Below, piece by piece: positions 36,577-45,543 of a stretch of DNA of 64,000 nt. Both the position numbers and the translations under genes were made by a program. The stretch is taken from assembly GCA_009015555.1 (NCBI GenBank), contig GCA_009015555.1_3613.1; one strand, 5' to 3'. The notes below the pieces were generated by a model. It saw only the letters and a program-made list of their open reading frames with translations. It ran no database searches and was not told the DNA's origin. This stretch comes from a phage. Within the stretch, counting starts at the first letter, position 1. Each line of letters starts with the position of its first letter.

Positions 36577-37659
36577 TTACAGAATGTTCGCCAGCGTTTT
36601 CTTCATCGCTGCCTTCTCACGAACGTTCTGGCGGTCACGGGCACAAGACCCGCATTCCTGACAACGGTACACCTTAAATTTGGACAGGAAGGTGTGGGCA
36701 GATTTGCCTTTTTCTTCCACCAAGTCGTCGGAACCGCAGCGTACACATCGCATCACAGACTGATCCGGGTGGAACAGGGCAATGTTAGGGTGCTTACGCA
36801 TAAACGGACGAACGGTCAGGTACAGTTCTTCCAATGTCGGGATATCCCCGATGTTGTACTCTTCCATTTCGTCGAATGCCGTAGGATCACCTTCCACACA
36901 GCGACGCCACAGACCGAATCCTTCGTGAGACAACTTACGGCTGTCCAGTTCGAAGTAGTTACACGCCGCTTCCAGTGCATTGGAAGGCAGAGAGAACGAC
37001 TCCTTCAGTGCCGCCAGTGTGTCGATCGTGATATATGGGCTTGGCGGTTGCATACCGTAATATGCGAAACGCTGGTTGGCCCAACCACGGTCGAAACGGG
37101 CGTTGTGTGCAATGAAGATATCACACTCGTCAAGGACTTGCCAGAGATCCTGAATCAGTTTTTTATCCGACTGATGATCCCGTTTGAACTCTTCCGGGTA
37201 GTCGGTCAGTTTACGACTGAAGATGGACGGGTTGTGCAGCCACTTCCCGGCGAACGTCAGCATGTACGGCTCTTGAATAACCTGCTTCGGCGCGATGAAT
37301 TGCTTGAAGCGACCAAACGAATAGGCGATGCTCGGAGAGGTCTCGACATCACCAAGGAACACTTTGGCACCCGGGTTATTTTCCTTCACCTTTTCGATGA
37401 AGGTTTTCTGGATCTCTGCCAGCGTTTTACCACCATTGACTTCCTGCTGCATAAAATCAGCGTACTCATCTGGTGTTGGGATACTGTCAATCAATTGTTG
37501 GACAGTTTCCAGATTACGTGCTTCCAGTTCACGCTTCAGCATGTTGCGTACAGTTGACTCTTGAGATTCCTTGCCCAGTTGACGGGCTACCTCGCGCTGG
37601 GACAACCCACCCTTCATCAGAGCCATAACCTGTTCAACAGTAAAAGTCACATTAGCCAA
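36577..37659 (-). CDS. DEDD-family 3'-5' exonuclease with N-terminal HTH and C-terminal zinc ribbon
   Basis: FLGDVETSP, IFIAHNARFD, YNIGDIPTLEELY motifs; CVRCGS...CQECGSC. Confidence 0.7.
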   Translation of the reverse strand: MANVTFTVEQVMALMKGGLSQREVARQLGKESQESTVRNMLKRELEARNLETVQQLIDSIPTPDEYADFMQQEVNGGKTLAEIQKTFIEKVKENNPGAKVFLGDVETSPSIAYSFGRFKQFIAPKQVIQEPYMLTFAGKWLHNPSIFSRKLTDYPEEFKRDHQSDKKLIQDLWQVLDECDIFIAHNARFDRGWANQRFAYYGMQPPSPYITIDTLAALKESFSLPSNALEAACNYFELDSRKLSHEGFGLWRRCVEGDPTAFDEMEEYNIGDIPTLEELYLTVRPFMRKHPNIALFHPDQSVMRCVRCGSDDLVEEKGKSAHTFLSKFKVYRCQECGSCARDRQNVREKAAMKKTLANIL

Positions 37660-37673
37660 AATTAATCTCCCGA

Positions 37674-37907
37674 TTACTTACAAAATTCGATAATGTCTAC
37701 CACGGCGAAGTCACGAACATCGTCTTTATCGACATCGTGCGCCTTGATGAACCACTGAGCGCCTTTATGGTACTCACTTTCCCCGTACCAGAACATTGGG
37801 GCACCCTTGATGGTTCGATAACCGCATTCACCTCTCCAGTTACGGTAGAAGAACCGAATGTTCGGGGCATCCAACCCCGCATACAGACTTCGATCGATCT
37901 TACTCAT
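37674..37907 (-). CDS. hypothetical protein
   Basis: Track ORF 37674..37937. Confidence 0.4.
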   Translation of the reverse strand: MSKIDRSLYAGLDAPNIRFFYRNWRGECGYRTIKGAPMFWYGESEYHKGAQWFIKAHDVDKDDVRDFAVVDIIEFCK

Positions 37908-38469
37908 AAAGATAGTCTTCCTCCAATTTCCGGACAAACTCAGTGACGTAGATGGTGATCATCACGCCCTTGTCCAGGTTCTCGTCAATAACGATACCGA
38001 AGTTCAGGTAGGCGTTACGGGCGATAGTTTCCTTTGTCCACCTCTTGAGTGACTTCTTCAAGTCGGCGACAATCTCTCCGTGGAACTTATGGTGGAGATA
38101 GTCCCTTTCAAGATAGTCTGCCAGTCTACGCAGAGTTTCACTCATTGTCAACCCTGTTTTCCCTTCCATGTGCTTAGACCACAACTTCTGGACTCCGCCC
38201 TCGAAAAGATTAAGAGTTGACCCGATGACCCCACGGCATTTTCCGTCGTAATGGTCATGGTCCAAACATGGGTCCGCCATCGGCTCCCGCAGGATAGCAC
38301 AAAGACCACCCTGCTCCAAAAGGAGTTGATCCCGGTAGGCCGCAATACTCTTCGACCCAGAGACCCACTTATCCTTGCTCAAAGGTACACGAATCGGCGT
38401 TGTAGCCTTCACTTTAGCAGTGAAGCTGGGCTTCCTCGATCGCCTTCTTCTCCCTGTCCGTATTGCCAC
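37900..38469 (-). CDS. recombination endonuclease VII-like protein
   Basis: CAIL..DPCLDHDH..GKCRGVIGSTLNLFEG matches endo VII zinc/active-site motif. Confidence 0.7.
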   Translation of the reverse strand: MAIRTGRRRRSRKPSFTAKVKATTPIRVPLSKDKWVSGSKSIAAYRDQLLLEQGGLCAILREPMADPCLDHDHYDGKCRGVIGSTLNLFEGGVQKLWSKHMEGKTGLTMSETLRRLADYLERDYLHHKFHGEIVADLKKSLKRWTKETIARNAYLNFGIVIDENLDKGVMITIYVTEFVRKLEEDYLYE

Positions 38470-39058
38470 TAATACCCTCCATCGTCAGAGCGAAAAGGAA
38501 CTCCTCCCGGGTCGGGTTTTTGAAGTCCTCAAAATATCCCAGCATGGTCCGGCGGAACAGCGTAACAGGAAAGTCAAACTTATCCGACAGTGATCCGACA
38601 TTTGTACCGACGCCTGTACTGGTCAGGGCAATATCTGAACCCAGCCCGTTCCTGATCCTCTCATCGTTTTGCGTTAAGAGGAACATAGCCATGCCCGGTA
38701 TGTAATCTGATCTTTTGCAACGAGACATCACCTCTGCCAAGTTTTCAGGATACTCCATCCTCTCAAACCCCCGCCCGGTGACGAGGACCTCATCATAGAT
38801 GAGGCCCCTTGTCTTCTCTGCCCAAGACCATTGATTAGTGCAGTAAAAGTTGATCAGGAAATCAACATTCAGCACCTTGTCACGAACAATGATCTCGTCG
38901 AAGTGTTTCCTGTCTACAGACTCGTATGTTTTATCGCGGGAAAGAGTCCCCTGCAAAGAAAACCTCCAGTCCTGCTTATCACTCCGGTCGTAACACAGGA
39001 TAATCTTACGTGTTGCGTTCTTTAAGATTGAATCCCAGTCTTTCTCCGTTTCTCTCAA
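38414..39058 (-). CDS. hypothetical protein (TTG start in track)
   Basis: Track ORF. Confidence 0.45.
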   Translation of the reverse strand: MRETEKDWDSILKNATRKIILCYDRSDKQDWRFSLQGTLSRDKTYESVDRKHFDEIIVRDKVLNVDFLINFYCTNQWSWAEKTRGLIYDEVLVTGRGFERMEYPENLAEVMSRCKRSDYIPGMAMFLLTQNDERIRNGLGSDIALTSTGVGTNVGSLSDKFDFPVTLFRRTMLGYFEDFKNPTREEFLFALTMEGISGNTDREKKAIEEAQLHC

Positions 39059-39629
39059 GGAAACACCCTCCGATCAGGATGGCGTCGGCGAGGTCGGTAG
39101 CCCCGCCATTCTTTCCAGACTTATTATAGCCCTTCAGGAATCCCGGATGCAGGATCTCGCAAACACGCATCATTTCGTTTTTGCCCATCTTCACCTTGAC
39201 CATCTTCGTCCCGGCATCGTTCATGGTTTCCTGTTCTTCACCCGGTAACCACTTACGTGCCCAAGACTTAACCGATGTCGGCGCGATGACGTGAATTTGG
39301 TCCATAGTATACCCGTCACGAAGAAGAGTCAACTGGATGCTGTAAAATAATCCAGCCAGGTCCCTTGTGGCATCGCCAACCGACCCCAGGCTCAACGATT
39401 CAAGCACGATGTGATCCACATCGAACGAATCACACACCCCGGCAATCTGCCCGGTGATGTAGGCAATCTGTTCAGCAGTGTGCTCGAAGTACATGCACCA
39501 ACCTTTGGAGTCCTTGGCCTTCTTCTCTGACCCCGTGGTGTGGAGTACCTCCTTAAAGATCGGAATCCCGTCTTCCAACACCACATAGGCACATGAAGAC
39601 AAACTTTGGTCAATCGTCAATAAGCGCAT
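39006..39629 (-). CDS. RuvC-like Holliday junction resolvase (tentative)
   Basis: LLTIDQS...IVLESLSLG...GATDLADAILIG acidic catalytic pattern. Confidence 0.55.
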   Translation of the reverse strand: MRLLTIDQSLSSCAYVVLEDGIPIFKEVLHTTGSEKKAKDSKGWCMYFEHTAEQIAYITGQIAGVCDSFDVDHIVLESLSLGSVGDATRDLAGLFYSIQLTLLRDGYTMDQIHVIAPTSVKSWARKWLPGEEQETMNDAGTKMVKVKMGKNEMMRVCEILHPGFLKGYNKSGKNGGATDLADAILIGGCFLERNGERLGFNLKERNT

Positions 39630-39945
39630 CTTCATCCTTAGCAATAAAATGGTACTCGTTCATCAAAAACACATAGTTCTTGATGACCTTTTGAACTTCG
39701 TCGTACACCGTGAACATGGCGTACTTGTCCCCCGGGTAAGGAACACCCACCGGGTATACTTCGCACAGACTACGCACCCGTGGGTCGTACCACTGGATTC
39801 GCCAAGGTTCTTCCAGCATGGTCCACGGCTCCTCGATGAGATAGAAGGTCTTTGAAGCCCCGGGCACGAATGCCGCCCGGAGTTCATCTGCCTTAATCAT
39901 CTCCTCGACGCGAACATCCAAACCGCCAGCGTCGTTTTGACTCAT
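39610..39945 (-). CDS. hypothetical protein (111 aa)
   Basis: Track ORF. Confidence 0.5.
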   Translation of the reverse strand: MSQNDAGGLDVRVEEMIKADELRAAFVPGASKTFYLIEEPWTMLEEPWRIQWYDPRVRSLCEVYPVGVPYPGDKYAMFTVYDEVQKVIKNYVFLMNEYHFIAKDEDALIDD

Positions 39946-41057
39946 TACACAACCCCCACTTTACGAAGAACATGTCCCAGAGTGGTCTTATCATCCGGGG
40001 TGCGCTTCATGTACACCGCTTGGAAGATAACAGAGGCCCACTGCCCGGCGCTGAACTTGCGATCCACGCCCATGTGATCAGTGAATGCCACCCCGTCAGG
40101 GAACCACTCCTTGTACTGATTTACGATCGCTTCCCACATGGCCTTCTCATCCTGACACGGAGAGATGACTTGGAAGGCAGAGGTCTCGCCAAACTTGATC
40201 TTGTCGAAGTTTTGGTATGGCTTCACGTTATCCGATTGATCACCGAACAACATTTGGTAACCAAAGAACTTCTGGCCCCAGCCTTTTACCTTACCCTTCT
40301 CCATCCAGATCTCCCCCATCGACTCATCAATAAGCCACGGGAGCGGATGCTTCCAGTCGCGCTCTGTTGAGTCACGCATGGTATTGAAGATAAGGCCAGG
40401 GCACTGGACTTGATCTTTGTCGAATGATGCCACGATATAGTTGAACTTGCCAGTCTTTTTGTAATGCAACCAGCCCTCATACTGTTTCATGGTCAGATAA
40501 TCATCCGCCTCGATCCCGTCAATCACGATCGCGCCGTATTTCCGTTGAACATATTCACGGGTATCCGACAGCAACAACGGGCGAACAGTGTCCTCACGGT
40601 TGCCTTTGTAGATTTCCGGCGTCGGCAGCGCCAACCGGAAGTTTCCGGTCCCACCCAAGACACCGAGTCCATTTGTCGTACCCATGTGTTCAAGGATCGC
40701 GTTGATCTTAATCTTCAGCAAGTGCAGGCAGTTTTCCACAGGTTCAGGGTACTGCTTGTCCGTAATTGTGAAATCATCACGGGTCCAAGGAGTAAACTCC
40801 CGGCCCGCTGCCGCCATCTTCGCCTCCATGTTGGTGTTCTGGTCCTTCAGCCACCCGCCGACTACTGTTTTCTGTCGGCCCCAAAACTCCGTCTTGTTCT
40901 TGAACTCCATCTGACGACCGGATTTGTTGTGGGTTGCGATAATGGTACGCTTTTCCGCGCCCGCCGCCGCAACATAACACGTCTGATCCAAATCAAGAAC
41001 AATAGTAACATCATCCGTAACGATATCCTTCAGGTTTTCTACAACGGGATAACCCAT
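39945..41057 (-). CDS. FEN-family 5'-3' exonuclease / flap endonuclease
   Basis: EIYKGNRED, GIEADDY, FGDQSDNV motifs; RBS GAGGAG. Confidence 0.8.
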   Translation of the reverse strand: MGYPVVENLKDIVTDDVTIVLDLDQTCYVAAAGAEKRTIIATHNKSGRQMEFKNKTEFWGRQKTVVGGWLKDQNTNMEAKMAAAGREFTPWTRDDFTITDKQYPEPVENCLHLLKIKINAILEHMGTTNGLGVLGGTGNFRLALPTPEIYKGNREDTVRPLLLSDTREYVQRKYGAIVIDGIEADDYLTMKQYEGWLHYKKTGKFNYIVASFDKDQVQCPGLIFNTMRDSTERDWKHPLPWLIDESMGEIWMEKGKVKGWGQKFFGYQMLFGDQSDNVKPYQNFDKIKFGETSAFQVISPCQDEKAMWEAIVNQYKEWFPDGVAFTDHMGVDRKFSAGQWASVIFQAVYMKRTPDDKTTLGHVLRKVGVV

Positions 41058-41069
41058 TACTCACTCCTC

Positions 41070-41576
41070 TTAAAACGCATCACCAAAGTCCTCTTCTTCC
41101 TTGACGGGGCGCTTGAACTTAAAGTCCGGCCCCATGTACTCACTCAGGTAGTCGATATTAAGCGACCACTCCTGCTGGCTGCGCTGCCGCCATGTGGCAA
41201 ACTCACTTTTCAGATAAGCAATGGCCTGATCACGAGTGATCCCATTAACCTTCATGAATTGCTTGATCGCCCTTTCGAGTTTCCCGTTCTTCTCGGCGAG
41301 GCCCGGATGGTGGAACTCATGGCACGGCGGACACAGGCTCATGAGGCCGACCAGTTTAACCTCTCCATTTTCGAATGTCCAGCTTTCATGACACTCAACC
41401 GGATGTTTTCTTCCGTTTCCACCCTGCCCACCACAGATCTGGCAGGTGTAGTTGTGCTCGGCATAGCACTTCCGGCGCACCTTATCCCACCCGGTCTGGG
41501 TGAGGTAAGAACGGAGGTTGTTGTCCCACGCCGTTTGTGGGATCAGGCAGATTTTATGCTTAATCTTTGAAGTCAT
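41070..41576 (-). CDS. HNH-motif zinc-binding endonuclease-like protein
   Basis: CQICGG..HPVECHESW...LCPPCHEFHH; start at ATG with RBS AGAGGG. Confidence 0.55.
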   Translation of the reverse strand: MTSKIKHKICLIPQTAWDNNLRSYLTQTGWDKVRRKCYAEHNYTCQICGGQGGNGRKHPVECHESWTFENGEVKLVGLMSLCPPCHEFHHPGLAEKNGKLERAIKQFMKVNGITRDQAIAYLKSEFATWRQRSQQEWSLNIDYLSEYMGPDFKFKRPVKEEEDFGDAF

Positions 41577-42111
41577 TACGCACCCTCTCATACCCGCCGC
41601 AGCGGTCAATCAGGGCGTCCGTCGCCCGGTCCCACGCCTTGCCCAAGAGGTTCATCCCCAACCAGTTGGCCTCGTCGTCAATCATCGGGTGGTCTTGGCT
41701 CAGGCCGACACCCCAGATACGATCCCGGTCAGAAGCCTCAACAAAACTCCGGCCCGCAAGTCGGTGCTGGATCGCCTCGCAGCGGAGGCCGAGGTCAAAC
41801 ACCAGACGGCAGTAACAGACATTCTCGACGATCTGCTCTCGGGACTTCTCCCACAGTTCGTTGTTGAACCCCTTTACCTTACGACCAAGCATCTTGGCTT
41901 CCTGCGGGTGGAATACCTCTGTGATCTGCCGGGCGATATTGTGATCGGCAAACAGCATGGCCTTTTCGTACATCATCATGTGCTCCCCGGTGTAGAACTT
42001 AACACCTTCCTGCTCATGTCGCGGCAGAGCGAAAGCCCTGTCGTTTCGGTAATGATTACTGAACATGTCCTTCCACGAATAGAAGAACACGTGCTTGTCG
42101 GTCACCCTCAT
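41560..42111 (-). CDS. NADAR (YbiA-like) domain protein
   Basis: FFYSWKDMFSNHY, GEH..MYEKAMLF, AKMLGRKV, ANWLGMNLLGKAW blocks. Confidence 0.65.
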   Translation of the reverse strand: MRVTDKHVFFYSWKDMFSNHYRNDRAFALPRHEQEGVKFYTGEHMMMYEKAMLFADHNIARQITEVFHPQEAKMLGRKVKGFNNELWEKSREQIVENVCYCRLVFDLGLRCEAIQHRLAGRSFVEASDRDRIWGVGLSQDHPMIDDEANWLGMNLLGKAWDRATDALIDRCGGYERVRNDFKD

Positions 42112-42305
42112 ACGCAGAACTCCCCTGCCAGTCGGTTGTACTTTTCCCGGAAGAACTCAAGGCGGACCTCCAGGTCGTCGATATGGTCCGCAGCCTGAAT
42201 CATCTGGTCATACGGATCTCCGTCGCAGTTCTCCTGACTCGCAAGGTCCCGCAGGACCGTCTGAATCGGGAACATGCCGTTTTTAATTGGATGGATCACT
42301 TTCAT
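42108..42305 (-). CDS. hypothetical protein
   Basis: Track ORF 42108..42320. Confidence 0.4.
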   Translation of the reverse strand: MKVIHPIKNGMFPIQTVLRDLASQENCDGDPYDQMIQAADHIDDLEVRLEFFREKYNRLAGEFCV

Positions 42306-42517
42306 CGGCGGCTTCCCCACTCGGTGGAGATCAGGAAGGCCATAGCCACGGCAAATACCAACTCAACCATCAATGTGACATTGATCACTGTCTCCAGTTC
42401 ACGACCGTAAATACCGTTCAGGTTGAAAGTCGTTAACCCCACAATCGCCGGGGTGGCGAAAAGGATCAGTACGCCGATAACAACATAGCCGATCAAGAAT
42501 TTAACCAAACTGTTCAT
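42302..42517 (-). CDS. small membrane protein (2 TM)
   Basis: Track ORF 42302..42592; internal ATG with RBS. Confidence 0.45.
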   Translation of the reverse strand: MNSLVKFLIGYVVIGVLILFATPAIVGLTTFNLNGIYGRELETVINVTLMVELVFAVAMAFLISTEWGSRR

Positions 42518-42852
42518 AGTCCATCTCCAAAAATCAGGGACGCCGGGCAACTGATCCGGCAGTCTTTTGCTAACGGGAAGTCCTGCAACCACTGCGCCAG
42601 TAGGATGCTCGAACTGTTTTTGTAATCACCGGAGTTGATGTGGATGTATCCGATCTCCCAAGGGAACAGAGGGCTGTTCACGATGTGAGTCTCCACAATG
42701 TCCGTCAACTGACCATAAGTGATCAAGTTCTCTGCCTTCGATGGCAGGTACAAGCCGAAGCGAAGACCCGCCGGGCCAGTCGGTTCCATCTTACGGAACC
42801 CTACCGCCTTGGACATGTCTACCGCAAACACCTCAATAGTTACAGTTTCCAT
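42514..42852 (-). CDS. hypothetical protein (112 aa)
   Basis: Track ORF. Confidence 0.5.
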   Translation of the reverse strand: METVTIEVFAVDMSKAVGFRKMEPTGPAGLRFGLYLPSKAENLITYGQLTDIVETHIVNSPLFPWEIGYIHINSGDYKNSSSILLAQWLQDFPLAKDCRISCPASLIFGDGL

Positions 42853-43229
42853 CAGTAAAGATCCTCGCTAAACAGTGTATCGTATGGCGCACCTTTTTTA
42901 CGCACCGTGTTGATCTGTCCTGCGTGAGTGGCAATGACCAGGGCATCTTGTCGGTTGTGATACTCTCCCCATTGGTCGATAAAACCCTGCTCTTCACCCG
43001 CTACAAAACGAGTAGAAATTTTATCTTCCAAGAGGTCAAGAACCTCAGCCATATCTTTGGAATAGTGACGAGACCCCGGAACTACCACAAAACCACCAGT
43101 CTTCAGTTCGAAGCGGTTGGCGGCACAAACAATCCGTCGCTGCAATTTGCGACCGTCCCACCAGTCGGCGATCTTATAACAAATTTCCGGGAGACCTTCT
43201 TTTACGGTATCTTCCATCAGTTCCTCCAA
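42852..43229 (-). CDS. hypothetical protein (125 aa)
   Basis: Track ORF. Confidence 0.5.
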   Translation of the reverse strand: MEELMEDTVKEGLPEICYKIADWWDGRKLQRRIVCAANRFELKTGGFVVVPGSRHYSKDMAEVLDLLEDKISTRFVAGEEQGFIDQWGEYHNRQDALVIATHAGQINTVRKKGAPYDTLFSEDLY

Positions 43230-43429
43230 TATACGTTTTTGTCTTTTTTAATCATGCGGCTTACCTCTTTTGCCGACAAACGGTCATAACTTGCTCCGTT
43301 TTCCCGGTATGCGCCGCATGGGACCCATTCAGGGATAGAAAAGCTATAGTGCTGGTAGAAGATAGTACCTTTGGCAATTTCAATCTCCAGCCAAGGGAGA
43401 TGAACCTCGCGGATTTTGAAATATGTCAT
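43217..43429 (-). CDS. hypothetical protein (70 aa)
   Basis: Track ORF. Confidence 0.45.
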   Translation of the reverse strand: MTYFKIREVHLPWLEIEIAKGTIFYQHYSFSIPEWVPCGAYRENGASYDRLSAKEVSRMIKKDKNVYWRN

Positions 43430-43599
43430 TGTCTGTTCACCAGGCTCGTCAGGATCGCAGAACCGATATATTCCAGCACATCATTGGTCGTGCTCATCTC
43501 CGGCAGTTTGATTGCCTTGCTTTCTTTATCTATTCCTGCCTGAACAGAGGGGTTTTTGAGAAGGGCCGCGATCTGCTCTTTGTTGAACTTTACTAACAT
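43426..43599 (-). CDS. hypothetical protein (start at ATG with RBS AGGAGA)
   Basis: Track ORF 43426..43647. Confidence 0.4.
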   Translation of the reverse strand: MLVKFNKEQIAALLKNPSVQAGIDKESKAIKLPEMSTTNDVLEYIGSAILTSLVNRQ

Positions 43600-43609
43600 G
43601 ATGGTCTCC

Positions 43610-43819
43610 TTAGTGCTTAACGTATTTTGAAGGGCAAGAACCGCCACCTTCGTGAGTTATCGCCACGGTGGTGCGCCCGTTGCTATAAATGCACACCTTG
43701 TCACTACCGTCGGTGTAGTAATCCTCCAGGTCCAGCGTTTGAGCCGCATGTGCCGCAGAGAAATTTAACACACCTGTAATCAAAACTCCCAGCATAAACC
43801 CTAAGAATACTTCTTTCAT
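43610..43819 (-). CDS. small secreted protein (signal peptide)
   Basis: Track ORF; N-terminal hydrophobic stretch ending AHA. Confidence 0.45.
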   Translation of the reverse strand: MKEVFLGFMLGVLITGVLNFSAAHAAQTLDLEDYYTDGSDKVCIYSNGRTTVAITHEGGGSCPSKYVKH

Positions 43820-44022
43820 TTCGTCACCCCTTTTGCGATATTTTCGATTCGTTGGCGAAGGATCTCTTCGCCCGGTATTGGCCCGGCCTTAATAAATTCA
43901 CGGGCCTCTGGAAATTCAGTCTCCGGAAGTGCATTCAGGATCTGTTTCAGAAAACACAAAGCCTGCATACGGTGCCCATCGAACTGAAGCGCAAGGTCTC
44001 GCCATTTCATTTCTGTACTCAC
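43816..44022 (-). CDS. hypothetical protein (68 aa)
   Basis: Track ORF. Confidence 0.45.
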   Translation of the reverse strand: MSTEMKWRDLALQFDGHRMQALCFLKQILNALPETEFPEAREFIKAGPIPGEEILRQRIENIAKGVTK

Positions 44023-44522
44023 TTTGCCCCCATCGCTTTCGATATGTCGTCCAAATACTGAGTCTGTGTCTTGTCATCGTCCGGCAGGCGGAGGATGTCG
44101 GCACCCCAGCGGTTGGCGTTCATCATGATGTGCAGCGGACCGCGCCGCCATTCGCCGTACCATGCACTAAGTTTGTCGTGCTCTTTGTGCATACTGTCCA
44201 ACTGGTCAATAAGATAATACGCATGATTCAGGAACTTTGCAACCAATTTCACAATATTTTCGTACTTCGGTGGAAACGGGTTGTACTCGAACATCTTATC
44301 CAGAATAACCATCTCGCGGACCATCTCACGAACGGTGCCGATCGGGTTGGCTACCGGGGCGTTCTCCCAGTTGAAGCGGTAAAGAGACTCACAGATTTCC
44401 TTGCAGCGCTTCTCCTTCTTCTCTTGGCTCTTTGGAGCTTGGAAGAAGATCTCTGCTGGAGGGTAGATGGATACGTTGTTGATCCACTTTTCAATGAAGG
44501 CCAGGTTGATACTGTTGCTCAT
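44019..44522 (-). CDS. hypothetical protein (167 aa)
   Basis: Track ORF. Confidence 0.55.
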   Translation of the reverse strand: MSNSINLAFIEKWINNVSIYPPAEIFFQAPKSQEKKEKRCKEICESLYRFNWENAPVANPIGTVREMVREMVILDKMFEYNPFPPKYENIVKLVAKFLNHAYYLIDQLDSMHKEHDKLSAWYGEWRRGPLHIMMNANRWGADILRLPDDDKTQTQYLDDISKAMGAK

Positions 44523-44591
44523 GATATTTCCTCTTTCGTTGTTTGATGGGAGTAGTATACAGGAGGGGAGGCAGGAGTCAAGAGGCAGATA

Positions 44592-44620
44592 AAGAAAAAC
44601 CGCCCCGAAGGGCGGTTCTT
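44592..44620 (-). terminator. rho-independent terminator
   Basis: ACCGCCC-TTCG-GGGCGGT followed by TTTTTCTTT on minus strand. Confidence 0.55.
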
Positions 44621-44902
44621 TTAGTATTGATCTTCAGCGTAGCGGCGCTGATTTTCTGTGTTATCCACGTCCTTTAGCGTAAAGTTGTACTGCTCGCTAC
44701 GGACTGGGGCCGGGCGCGGTGTCGGGTCCAGATGGGCCAGCTTGACACCCGGCGGAATTTCATTGATGGTGAACGTGGTGTTGACCAGTTGTCCAGCCAG
44801 TTCATCCATACGCATGGAAACGAAGGCGGCTACGGAACGACCTTCACGGTCAGCCAGGAAACGCAGTTTTTCGAAGGTTGCATCGTTGAAGTTAATGTTC
44901 AT
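44621..44902 (-). CDS. ribbon-helix-helix-like DNA-binding protein (tentative)
   Basis: Track ORF; N-terminal beta-strand/helix pattern FEKLRFLADREGRSVAAFV. Confidence 0.45.
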   Translation of the reverse strand: MNINFNDATFEKLRFLADREGRSVAAFVSMRMDELAGQLVNTTFTINEIPPGVKLAHLDPTPRPAPVRSEQYNFTLKDVDNTENQRRYAEDQY

Positions 44903-44974
44903 ATTGTAAATCTCCTTTCTGAATTATGTTTGGGTTAACCGCCCCCGTAGGGGCGGGGTACTGCACAGCGGGTA

Positions 44975-45292
44975 TTACTCGCCGTCTTCTTCAGAAGCGC
45001 GGCCCATCAGGATGTCCAGTTCGTTAAGCTGCTCAATCTGGCCTTCCAGCGCCGCACGTTTCTTCTCAGCGGCGTCCTGCTTGTCGTACTCGCCGTTGAT
45101 CAGGGTTCGCAGGAATTTCGGATCGATGTTCAGATCTTCTTTGGTGATCGCCAGGATGCTTTTCAGGTCTTCTGCGGCGTCCTTCTGCTTACGAATCGCA
45201 TCAACACCTTCCTGAACGATATTTGCAAGGCGCTTACGTACAGCCGGGTCAGAAGGCAGGGTGTTCAGCAGTTCAACTTTTACTTTAGCCAT
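44975..45292 (-). CDS. hypothetical protein (105 aa)
   Basis: Track ORF. Confidence 0.55.
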   Translation of the reverse strand: MAKVKVELLNTLPSDPAVRKRLANIVQEGVDAIRKQKDAAEDLKSILAITKEDLNIDPKFLRTLINGEYDKQDAAEKKRAALEGQIEQLNELDILMGRASEEDGE

Positions 45293-45366
45293 TTGTGTTA
45301 CTCCTCTTCAGTGAATGTGTGAGCATTATGCTCGTTTTAACTCAGTGTGTCAACAACTTTTTGAAA

Positions 45367-45543
45367 CTATCGGACGAACATTCGACCTTGTTCAAAATAT
45401 CCATTCTTAATGCCCCGAGGGGCAGAAAGAGACTGTACCGCAGTAGCACCACAATTGCAAGTGGCAGTTTTGCGGTCTGCAATCTTTCGATTCTTGTCAA
45501 ATACTGCCCCGCACCCGGGGCATTTGTAAGAATACGTCGGCAT
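45367..45543 (-). CDS. FmdB-type zinc-ribbon protein (58 aa, MPTYSYKCPGCG...CNCG)
   Basis: Hand-translated; TAATG overlap with MazG stop; below track size cut-off. Confidence 0.5.
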   Translation of the reverse strand: MPTYSYKCPGCGAVFDKNRKIADRKTATCNCGATAVQSLSAPRGIKNGYFEQGRMFVR

